DNA of 63,487 bases, the filler included, from Choristocarpus tenellus KU-1152 (taxonomy: Eukaryota > Protista > Phaeophyceae): NCBI GenBank assembly GCA_964200185.2. It is 7 parts of 7 records of this genome, joined end to end, with 100 filler letters (N's around TTAATTAATTAA, not from the genome) between each part and the next. Parts side by side here need not be neighbours in the genome. Positions count along the whole stretch, not along the records: positions 1 to 21,817 come from CAXNAD020000320.1; 6 more parts are not named here. One strand, given 5' to 3'. Shown here piece by piece: positions 1 to 12,200 of the stretch. A program made the position numbers and the translations under genes. The notes beneath the pieces were generated by a model. That model was given only the letters and a program-made list of their open reading frames with translations, did not search any database and had not been told where the DNA came from. Each line of letters starts with the position of its first letter. Position 1 is the stretch's first letter.

Positions 1-1215
1 CTTTACAACACCATGATTCCTCTTCCTTCGTAGTCTATGTATCATATACAATGCATTCGATTCAGGTTTCAACATCCTTAGTGCAAGAAAAGGACCATAT
101 TCTGTTTGATGACAACCAGAAAATAACTGAACTGTTTCTTCCGATGTAATATAATACGCATGAGCGCACTTTTCATCATTCCTTTCCATCACGTCCACCC
201 AGAGGAGACCCACCAACCGACCGAACCAATGCACGCCAGGCTGAGAAGGGGCTTTCCGATCCCCCTCCCCGTCAATCTTGAAGGACGAACCTCATCTTAA
301 GGATAGGGATAGGACTCTTGTTGTTCCCCGCATCTCCTTCTTCTATACCATTTTTGTCTTTGTTCTTGTTGCCTTTGCTCGCGTCGTCAAGCAGGTTGTC
401 CAGGACCACTTGACCGACCCTCATCTGCCACGATGACAAGCAGAACCGTATTGGAGGTAGAAGTAGTGCCTCACAGAAGTGGTCATGTGATTACTGATTA
501 TTCAACCCTCCCAAGGATTAATCGTCTATATTAACACCACTCAGTCAAACAGTGATTGTGACAACTATGATACATGACTGGTTAACTTTGACATCCTAAT
601 GCTGCGAATGTTCGTCAGTCACCCCCATTCCAAAGAACCTCAAAGCTACTAGTTCATTCCAGCCACACAATCTCAGGCTAGAGTTCCCTCACAACAGAAC
701 AGAAAAAATATCAATTGAAGAATCGCCGACAAATTTGACCATTTTGGTTAAACTTTTTTGGAATATTGTATCATATCAACATATATATATATATATTTCC
801 AATATCATTGAAAATATCAAATTACTTCAAAATAACTTCGAGAGCTAACACGAGAGCTATCACTAGTGAGGAACCCCTCTATTGACTTCTTCTGTTGTTG
901 AGGAAGCAAAGAAAGGAATTGCACATTCGTATCAAAGCAGTTCGTGGTCATTTAGAAGAGATGTAGTGTATAATGATCCTGTGGCGAGAGGTCGGATCGA
1001 GATATTAGAGCAGGGAACTGTTTTTTGGGGAGTGATAATTGAAAGAAAATATGTAAGAGACAAGAAAGTGAACCAAAAAAAGGCAAAATCTAACTTAGTA
1101 CTAATATGTCTACTCCAATTCGTAATAATTTAAAAATAACATGAATAATTGGTTCACCAGAGGATGAGATGGACCTACTCATCCTGTCACTGCTCGATGG
1201 ACGTTGTTGTGACGG

Positions 1216-4200
1216 ATGACCGAAATAGAGTTTTTCCCTGAGGGGTGTCGAAGTCGTGGCCGGGCTCGGAGGTTGTACCCTCTTTGCTGTATTTCCGTCT
1301 GCTTGATGACAGGGGCAGCAAGACCAGCCTTGGCGTTTGGAGTAAGGTTACATGGGAGGGGACTCCGACCACTGAGTATGGTGACTACCTTTAGCGAGTC
1401 CAACGCGCCTATACTAGAAGGAGGTAACAAAAATGGTGTCACCACTCCCAAGAACTTTGGGAGGGGTGGTTTCCTTGAACGCATGGGTAACCCGACCTTC
1501 ATCGCAGCGCCTATGGTGGAACATTCAGAGGCAGTGAGTGTTGAACGCAACCGTTATGGGGTGGATAGAAGCCCCAAAACGACTTCGTTGCCCACCCCAT
1601 GCCCGCCTCCAAACAATTAATGGTCTCTTTCATAGGTTTCAGGAGGTTGAGAGCTAAAATGAAGCAGTCGGATCTCCACGTACTCACAACTTCTCCCTCC
1701 CATACCCCTTAGGCTTTCCGATACCTTGTTCGTCGTCATGGAGCCGACCTGGCTTTTACGCAAATGATACACTCAGGTCAATTCGCTGACCCCAGTGCAG
1801 GTAAGGCAAAAAATGTTACCAACTTCACCTTACAATGCTTTACCTGTGTACTTAGCTCCTCAATGTTGACAACCTGTGGGTGACAAGACATACGTCGAAT
1901 GTATAATTTGCTAAACACCCCCTGCCACAACATAATACGCACTCGCACTTTACTAGAATACATGCCATTCCTGCGCAAGCTCTGAAAAAGAGGACTGACT
2001 CAGCAGCCTACAAACTGGGCATATAGTTTTTGATATTTGGGCACCCTGTTGTTTGATTAGGGATCAATCCCTACAACATGCTTTCTTCTGTTCACAGGCA
2101 ATACAGGCGAGATTACGGAAGCTGACAAGCGATTATGAAACACCGCGTTCCTCCCAATGCATCGCATCTTTTTCCTCCTTTTAGATAAGTTCCGCAAACA
2201 ACGCTTTGATGGGGTTGACGAGAGTGCTGACAGACCTCTCATTGTCCAGTTCTGTGGGAATGACCCTGGCACTCTGGTGAGCAACTAATCCCTTGTGAAA
2301 CACTACCATATTTATGTGCTGGAGAAATACAAGAAAGACCACTTTCACTGTGATCAAGAACCTACGTCCACGCAGATGAAATGGAAAGGAAAGGAAAATG
2401 AATCCTACTCAGATTGTAACCACAATTTGGCCCCTCTTCTGTCTGATATCCTCTGACAATGCTGGGAATGAGATAGATTCAATGCTTTGAAAATAATCCC
2501 CCCTCATACTTCAGGTACAAGCTGCACGTCACATTGAAGGGAGGGTTGATGCCGTTGACCTAAACCTGGGATGCCCCCAGAAGATAGCTCGCAGGGGTGA
2601 TTATGGGGCCTTCCTTTTAGATCGTCCTGAGCTCTGTGAACGCATTGTGGGTACCATGAGCAGGTGAGATTTATCCTCTTTCTCAGCATCACAAAGCACG
2701 GAAGGTGACCTAGTGGACTACATAATAGATATGTTCCCGTGGAGACACTCACTAAGTAGAAACATCCTCCTGGGTTGTTGCTATTTGGGCATTGGCAATG
2801 TGGCAGGTTTAGGTGAATCTCTGTTGATGAGGGTGAAGTGATTAAGGGATCTATCTGCAGAAGTACTAGGATGTCAAGCAGTATGCAGGAGTTAAAAGTG
2901 TTTGTTTTGTCATTTTCTATGTGAACGGGATACCACAAGCCACCCTCAAGGTCTCCACCAAGAGCTACTTTCTTTTGTATGGATTGGTGCTTCTCGAGCC
3001 AAGGCAAGTGCCTCCCTTCCCCCTCCTCTCGTAATTTCCATCACAAATGCAAGCAGGGAGCTTAGTGTGCCTGTTACAGTGAAGATCCGATGCATGGAGA
3101 ACACTCAAGAGACACTACTCTTTGCCAAGCGATTAGAGGCTGCAGGTGCTCAGATGCTTACAGGTGAGGTCATAGAAGACGCAAGCTTTCTCACCTCTGC
3201 TATGCTTTGTGTGCTTATCTGCTTGCTATTTTTTTCATCAAAGTAGCATGTTTGTAATACCTCCAGTGACATGTTTAAACTCATGAATGTTCAAATATAT
3301 ACACCTGAAAGTCGTCTTTTCAACATAGCTGATCTAATGCCAATGTACTGATAAAACGCCATATTAGTGGTGTGATACAGCAAGCGGAATGGTTAGGCAA
3401 AAGCTTGAGAGTGAGATGCTTGGGGTTTCACAAGTAGATGTTTGACACCTTTAGTTGGTGGAACTTTTTTTGAGAACATCCTTGCCCTCCTTGTATTCTT
3501 GACCACAAGAGTCATGGACATTTTTGCATATGTGTGCAGCAAGTGTGATTGTTGATCACCAGGCAATTTTCAGTAATGCAATATTTTGACTTGTTTTGCA
3601 TCTGTTGCGGCATGGGCCAGGAGCTGTGTATTGAGAGGGAAGTTAGCAAGGATCAAGGGAGAGAGACTTGAAGAATGAGCTCACATTCCCAGGGAAGAAA
3701 CAATGCTCGCCTGGGAAGGTACACCCGAAGTCCGCCCCAGCTCCATCTCTCTTTTTCTCAAGAGGTGTTTTTTTATTTCCAAATGTCTCTATTACCCCCT
3801 CGGCCCCCGTCCCTTCTTTTGCATCACTACTTAGTACTATGAACAATATATAGTCAAGTGTTTCTTGTGTATAGAGACAAATGCTAGAGCCCACCCGAAG
3901 CTCCCTATCTATCACGATCTATCATGTGATGCAGCAACTTGTTCGTTTGTGGGGAATGTCTATTTCCCTACATTGTGTACTTTTTTTTTTTGATGCCAGT
4001 GCACGGACGGACTCTTCGCCAATCAAAAACACGCCAGGGGGCAGCAAACTGGGACATAATTCGCCAAGTTAAGGAGGCGGTGACAATCCCGGTGGTGGCC
4101 AACGGTGGTGTGGAGACAAGGGCAGATGTGGGACGTCTGCTCAGAGCGACTGGGGCGGATGCGGTAATGTCGTCTGAGGCACTGCTAGAGGATCCCTCAC

Positions 4201-7200
4201 TTTTTGATAACAACTTGGCTCCACTGGATCAGCTGCAAGGTCTCAAGGTTTGTGTTGGACCTGACTGTTTCTCACACCTTCGAAAGATCTGCCAGCAATT
4301 CAAACAGATTTCATCAAAGTGCCGTCTTGGTGTATTTTTTAAAGATCCTGCAGTTGAAAGTATATGTTTGCATTCCGGGGAGCTATAGAAGCGGAGTTGA
4401 TCAGATTCTGATATAATGCCCTTTAGATGATAAATTGTGGGGGTGAGTGTGAGAAGCAGCTGTGTTCTTACATCAGCTGTGTTTTGCATGCTTTATGCTG
4501 TGCTCTATTTGTTGCTGGTGAATGGTATGTATACAGGTCGGTGCGTTGCATTGGAACAGTGAAGTGATTGGGGTTGAATATTGAATGTAGAATTAAGAAT
4601 GAAGAATGTTTTCTTGGCTTGAACCTGTTACCTTTATTTGCCTCAAGCTCAGTGGTGTACTCAAAGAGCAAGAAAATACATGCGATACTAATGTGGGTGG
4701 GCGAGCTTTGCCTCTACTGAACTTGTCCCCTTTTTTGTTCCCCGTATGAAATGAACACGTTGCAATAGCAAAACAGATAGGTTTTGCTTATCGTTTGGCC
4801 GCAGCTAATCAAGACACTGTTGGGAATTGTAGATGTCTAGTGTGAAGGCGTGCATTATGCAGGCAATGTTCGGCTTGTTGCTCAGCCCCTTGAGCCTAGT
4901 GTGCTGGAAGAATCGACACCAACGGAATGGGGACATGACACAAAGGGGAAAAGCACCTTGGTTGGTAAATTGGGTTTAGCGAAGAAATAATCTAAAAAAG
5001 GCGTATTTTTTGTTAGCACCTTGCGGGTGGCAATTAAAAAAAAAAAATCTTGTTCCAGATTGTTTCCTACAAAACCCCGAAAAAAAAGCAAAACAAAGTT
5101 TTTTTTTTCATATCGTGCCGGAGCACAAATATTTTTTGAAGTGAATGTGAAGGTACGGTCACTTCCGTGTTTTGAGATTATATGGGATCTCTGGCAAAAG
5201 GGTACTACATTATGCTTCCAACTTCTCTATGAATGAAGGCGGCAGAGGGCAAGAATGAATGCCCCAATGATGTCACCTCACCTCATCCGGTGCTATGATT
5301 TGGAACTCTCGTGTTTTGGACAAGTTTGTTGTGTCTGTTGAGTGTTGTCACCACAGTTCACCATTTGGTACCTGTTGTGGTGTTTGTCACCCGGAAACAC
5401 ACAGAAGAGAAAAAGGAATTGTGAGTACTGACTGTATTGTGCATAGGTGACAACAGGTCTTTGGGGGGGCCTGGTTATCAGTTCCTACTGTTTGGCCATC
5501 CCTTGTCTTATCCATGCAAATCGCTCTCCTCGTGTCTGCTTCTTATTACTACTTTATGTGTGCTATAGTTAAGCTGTAGTATGGGGTCGCCTCTCAAAGT
5601 ACTAGCAACTACTTTGAGGTAGTACATTGGTAGTATTAACGTTAGTTAGTACTGCCGGGCTATGTACTACATGTGTTTCAAAAGGAGAGAACGGCGGCTC
5701 TGGCAACCCCAAGCAAGCCCTCTTGTAGGTGTTTATTTCCTCTCTGCCGTCTATCTCCAACAGACTATCTGTGTACAAGAGTGTCAATGGCTTCCCAAAA
5801 TGGGTGTTCCTCATGGAGCAGGTCCACTCTGACCTGCACCTTCCACTTCCAGTTGTTGTATTGGCTGGAAAAAGTGACACGTAGATCAACATCCGATTTC
5901 ATGTAGGCTTCAAATTTTCTCGTAATTCCTACCTCTAGCACCTAAAAACTGTCTATGTAGGAGGCAAGCAGCTTCAATTCAGTGATGACCACTTGAAGGT
6001 TTTGTCCACGATTCTATGTGTGGTGACAGGTGGCCCACCGTCTGCTGCTTCTTGCATCAGAGTATATGGAACTTGTGCAGACCTTCCCACCCCAAATGGC
6101 CAGTGTACGAGGGGTGAGTTCCCTGTCATAGATCAGGGTCCCAACCTTAGTGGGGTGCAGTGACCCTAAAGTCTTGCTTGTGATGACCTTGTGGGTTTGA
6201 TCTGTGTCCAGGCTAGTTGTAGGATTTGTTTGCTCTTTGGAGAACAGTTTGAGTTGTTTGATCATTTGTCCAAGGTTCACGTACCCTTCGCTTTCAATGG
6301 CTTTACAAATGCCATCTGCCTGAATAACTACCTCTTAAATCATTTGGATTATGGCTACATGTTCTGATTGTTAGACAAGCAGACACAGACATTTTTTTAT
6401 TGTGTCTGCTGCTCTGTTCTGGTATTGACTTGCTGGAGTGTTCTCCTTGCTTTCCCCCCTGGATTGACTTGACCGACATGTTTGCTTAAATTTTTCTAAC
6501 TGGTATTTCTTATTGCAGCACTTGTTCAAGATGCTGTACCGTCTTCTGGAGTGCAACCATGACCTTCGGGCGCAGCTGGCTCACTTCAGTACTGGTATAC
6601 CAGAAGCTGGGGAGATTGTGAAGGAGGTTGGTGTCCTGTCATGCTTCTCCTCCCTCTGAACGTTCTCTTGTTATCAACAGCCCTTGATATGATGATCGGT
6701 GCCATAGTAATAGATGAGTTGTGGGTTGTGTTACTGAATCCCATGAGTAGCTGATTTTTTCTGTCCTTAGTAAGGTCTTTCTAAGGCAAGTCAATTCACG
6801 CTCACCACCTTCACTATCATAATAGTAGAGTAGGTGCAGTATTGATTTGTATCAATGCCAGAATGCTGAGGGGAGAGGTCTTTAATAATCAACTGGAACC
6901 TGTGAATGATTACAGGGACTGCTTCTACATTGGTGGGAAGGCACTACACTCAAACCGTAACCCGACACCCCTGCATTTGACTTGTGATCTTGCTTTGACC
7001 GCTATCCCCCCCCTCCCCCCCAATTCATTGCAGATGTGCCGGAGGTATTTCTTTGACCCAGTGTCAATGGAGCCTTTGCTTGATTCATCCGAGGCTCCAC
7101 ACGTACCAATCTCAACCAAGTCATGGTATCACCGCCACAGGGATGACGGTGGTGTGAATCTTACTCAGAGTGCTAATGTTGTAGCAGGGATAAGGGGGTT

Positions 7201-7237
7201 TCGGGAACAAAAGCGCCAAGTCGCTCCATTGCTGTAG
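1216..7237 (+). CDS. tRNA-dihydrouridine synthase, DUS1-like, with N-terminal signal/transit-like extension (9 exons)
   Basis: Phase-consistent GT-AG exons 1216-1533, 1713-1800, 2185-2276, 2515-2663, 3057-3163, 4000-4247, 6030-6113, 6519-6626, 7034-7237. They encode the Dus motifs [64 protein letters not shown] (catalytic Cys), [28 protein letters not shown] and HLFKML, ending at TAG 7235-7237. Confidence 0.92.
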
Positions 7238-9209
7238 ATGGAAAGACAGGCAGTACAGTACATTGCTTTGTCTTCATCCTTACAATGGCGAGATACATGG
7301 AAGGCAGTTCTCTTGTTGCTGGAGAAAAGTAACAGATGCTTTTCACGCCATCATTAATATATTAGAAACAGTAGACAGCAGGTGGCCAAAATTTGGAAAA
7401 AAAGCGTTCCTTAATATTTACCGGGTCAAAATTTTACAGACAAAAAAGTCCCCCGCTACGCAGTGCTTTGACTTGTCCCCACTTCTCACAGTGAAGGTTT
7501 TGCCCTACGAGGTTTTGTCCATACCTTCAACTATGGAGGGGTGAAGTGACAAACTGTGGTGTTGATAGATTGCAGGCTAAGTAAGAACATATGTTTTTGC
7601 GTATTAACAGTTTTGGTTTTGATTCTAATACTTGTTTGGAGAGTTTGGGTTGAGTTTTTGATTACAGGAGATGAAGATGTTTAATGCTTCTACTGGCAAA
7701 CCCCTCCTTCCAGTCTAGCAAGTGGTTAATTTTTATGAGGTTTGGCTGGATGGCTTCAGCTACGTGCCAAGATACCTTACATACATGCAACATGAGTCTT
7801 CACATTCAACTGACTATTGTGGAGAGGTGGTTGATCAAGCTGGGTCTACTTCAATATATACATGCATAGATCACGTTATGTTATTGTAGAAAAAAAATCT
7901 GTTTCAAGAGAGGAATTTATGTAGTGCAATCTGACAGTATATCAAGATGAGGATTTACAGCTGCAATGTCGAACAAAACTGCACCAACCAGAGGAATTGC
8001 ATCAGTCAAAACCTGTTTTGATTGTTACAGAGATTGCATCTCAAAAAACACAGCACTAAAATTGTTTTTTTTAGTATTCAAATATAGTAGTACAACACAA
8101 AGCATTACTGGGGGACAATGGTTACAATGAACTGAATTGGCTCAAGCATTTGTCAACATCAGACGTTGGACAGGAAATGGTCCTGGGTGCTGTCTCGGAC
8201 AAGGGTTTTACTCCAAGGACTATGACATCACAACGTAAGCAACACTCTGAGCATTTGGTGGATAATAACAGGCAGAAGTAGTAACCGTTAAGAGTAAGTG
8301 TTTGCAGACGTACTTATTTTTCTGTTTTGCATTTTTTTCTTGTTCTTTCTTACTCAAAAAATCTTTTCCCATGAACTGTGTTTCTCAGCTTTCAAATGTC
8401 AGTATCAAACTAATATGTGAAAGAAAATATCCTGGAAGGGAGCATCAGGGAGGGTGAGAATCCTGTGGGGGAGTACTGAAGAGGGTTGCTTTCCCAAAAA
8501 ATACATAAAACGAAATGGGCTGAATGTTGTCATGGACAAGGCCTGCAATAAACAAAAAATAGCTGAAAAAAAGTCCATTAGTTGGGTAATAGTCATACGA
8601 AGAGTGTTGAGCATTACATATGCCTTCGAAGGTGCAACAAAGTGACATGCGTTGGTCAAAAACCAGAATCGACTTTGACAAGGTATGGCCCTCACTTAAG
8701 TACAATGCACTTTTAAAAAAGACACATTCTTCAGGCTGGTAAACATAGCAAGAAATTCCAGAGTCAGGAGAGTCCACAGGAGACAAGAAGTCGTACACAA
8801 ATACATATACACACATGGTTCTGTTGCATCATAGCACTCAGCGCAGAGGTATTCTAGCAAAGGGCCTTCTATTATAATTAAGGACAAATGTTTTACCTGT
8901 TCTCTACAATTACTTCTATGCATGGATGAAGCACCCTCTCTTGATTTGGGTGGTGAGAGTGTGTAGTAAGTGCTAGTAATAGATAACCGCAGCAGACATC
9001 TTATCAATAAGGACAAGAATATCCACACAAGTATTATGTGCGTCACCAGCTCCAACAAACTTAGTTGGGGTTGCAGGGTCAGAATAGTGCAGCACATCGG
9101 TTTTCACTTGTTGTCTCAGCTCCAGTGGTGGCATAGGGTACAGTCGGTGACTTTAGCCATGACTATGTGTTTGGATATATTCTCGCAAAAAAAATATTGG
9201 ATGCTTTCT

Positions 9210-12200
9210 TCATTCTTCTTCTGGCAAAAAGCCTCCCCACTCCACTCCCCCACCTTCAAACGAATCCCCCCATTGCATGACGTACACCTGTACACAAACA
9301 CATTGCACAACAGTGGCATACAGTTGAGACAACAATCGCTTTTGGAAAGGGAGGTTCGGGGTGTTGGGGGTCTAATTGTGAGAAGAGGTGTGAGATTTGT
9401 CTTTGATCTAGTTAGCACATCTTCAGGGCGCGACTTCACTAAAGTCCAAACCTTACTGTAACCAGTGACGACGTTATCAGACTATCTCATTTGTTGGAGC
9501 GCTTTGTTCAAATTCAAAGTTTGCAAAATGCACTATGGTATTAGTAGCGATCTCTCTTAGTGCCATTTCCCTTCACTACAGCAACACAAGTGAGAATACT
9601 GTGTCTGTATAAATCAGAGGAATGCAGACTCAACAAGAGTTCAATATGGTGGGGGCACTGACAACGAGTGAACTGCCCTTCAATACCCTTCCAGACATCG
9701 CTGGTATAATGTAGCAAGTGGGCTCAACACAGAGGGCTAAAACTCCAACAAGAGTACAGCCTTGCTCTATTAATAGTATATTCAAGAGAGGGGCATTCCT
9801 TACTACCTCGAGGCACATTCTGTACTAGCTAACCACTGTGAACATACAACACACCAACTTACCAAAAAGTCAGGTTATGGATGTAGAGGCACGAAGTCAC
9901 GAGCAATCAATCAAGATTATGACAAGAGTTTCTACACTGCTCCATATGTAAGGTGCACACCCTTTTGTTACCACTGGCAAATGGAATAGTACCTTTTGCT
10001 CAGTAAGAAATGAACAACACATATGCCAAGTGTGACTACAGATGCCGTCCTTTACTGTCCCAGCGTGATTAAGTGCCTTGCACTCATGAGGTACAAGGTC
10101 GAGCAAACGCACTATGGCCAGAGTGCAAGGCCTTCTCACCTCGAAAACTTCTCAGCAACCACTGTTTCCTGCTGAGAGCTGATGCACCCCGTTCTTCTTC
10201 TAACTCTCCGAAGGGAAATCATCAATGAAACACACTCTCCCAGAAAATTCCTACTAAACTGTTGAGATAATCACACTCTCCACTGAATGCACTCGGTGCA
10301 ATCTTGTGGCAGCATTTATCCCAGAACATTCCCAACAAAACCCTTAAGAACATTTTTAACACAAGGTGGACTCAGCAACTTGAAAGGAGAAGAGGGAAAA
10401 CAGAGGAAGGTCATGTAGTACATACACTAAAGAACCAATCTATCTTATATCCCCGTGGTTGTGCAACCTCAAAAGAATTACAGCCACCTCAGAGCCCCAT
10501 CCCCCAAATCACCTCGTCCTCGTCCTGCAGCTCCAGTGTGAGGTCAGACTTGGGGTATGCACAGCACGTGAGCGCATAGCCCCTTTTCTTCATGTCCTTC
10601 AACAAACCCAGTGCTCCTTCCATCTTAACCTGTAAGTTAAAATGTGGTAGGGGCATGTGACGGAAGCAATGTATGTATATATATATTGAGTGGGTAAAGC
10701 AGGAGAGCAGTGAATGTACAAAATAGTGGGTGAGATGGAAGGGTAGCTGCACTTGCAAATAAAGCCTTTCGGATGATAGATGATTGGTACATACTTTATT
10801 ACTACTAGATAGAATTAGTAGAAGTATACCGTTTCGATGTATCTATGTTTATCCTATCTCAATCAGTAGAACTTGTTGGGTACAAAGGAAAACCGTGTGC
10901 CAAGGGTCACCTCATCTCAAACACTGATGGAAACCACACCCATCCTTCATATGATACTTGCAAATTGAAATTTGCACTTCACAAGCATTAGCACCACTTT
11001 TCGAAAGAAGAGTACCTTGACACGTAAAAATGCTGTCAAATCACATCACAACCATTGCAAAATACATCCACAGTGCAAGTTTCGGCTGATTGAAGGTTAT
11101 TGCCCATTCCCGAGAAACAATAATGTACTAGGTATGAATCATACTGCACACATTTGAGTACTGTTCCTAATGTTGACATACTCGAGGGGAGGTCTACGTG
11201 CTTGCACTGCTGGAAAGGTGCACATTTGGTGCAAGACATATCCAATCCAATGTCCAATCTTGTCCCAAATTTGCAGTTGAGTCTGCCAGCGGTGCAGTGC
11301 TTGATCCAAGATTTTTTTTTTTGAATACATGGCTGATCACTGTCATTGGCATAAAATGTGTGCTTGCTGTATATGACGGAGCTCTCTCTTAGTATGCATG
11401 TCAATGCTGCAGCTAGGTGCATAGTACGTGCATAGAAATACAGGAGAAAAAAAAGAAGGCAGGCGGGCAGGCAGGCAGGCAGGCAGGCAAAGCTAATTTC
11501 ATGCTTCCACTAACTTTTTACTTGCACAACTTGCTTCCATTTCCTGTATCGGCATCAGGTTGTTCCATAACAAAAAAAAAGTGAGCGATTATCACCATTT
11601 GTTCAGCCAGAAGTAAGGTGGATATCTAGATTTCTGCATGCTTGCTTCACACACCTCACTTAGTCTTACCTCCCTAACTATCACAATGAACCTTGCCAAA
11701 TCACCAATAACCCAATACCATGCACTCAGAGTATATGCAGTGCCATCTGAAAGACACTTGTTATATTCCCACACAATCCCTGAGATGATCCACCATGAGC
11801 GCCAACGTTTGGCTTGGGTGAGCACAGACTATAGGCCAACGAAAACTGTCTCTACTTTCCTCTACTCAACCTGCTCCCCCTAACTGTAAATATCCTCCAC
11901 GCTATCTGTGCCCTCAATGGTGAACAGAGGAGGGTATCACAGGATGCTTGCAGAGGGTATCGCTCTCTTGCAGTTTCACACAGACCCATAAAACTGGACC
12001 AAATTTGGGTGTTGGATGGGGTTTGCAATCCAACACTAGTGCTAGCACGCTATTGATATTGCGCATCACAGCTTTGTACACCAGACGTTTTTATGAGCTT
12101 AGTCTCTGCAAGAGGGGCCACCCCACACGCACGAAAATTGTTCTAGTTCCTTGAGAGAGATGGGTCTTCGTTTTTGAAGCACACCTAAGTTGGAAGCATT

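Noticed and set aside
272-424. Minus-strand segment MRVGQVVLDNLLDDASKG...RFVLQD* as a terminal exon
   Set aside because: I could not link an upstream exon and recognised no motif.
4880-5210. Possible further MITE-like inserts in introns (also ~7340-7530 and ~12230-12530)
   Set aside because: Each is a single copy in the window with only weak terminal repeats, so I cannot support the call.
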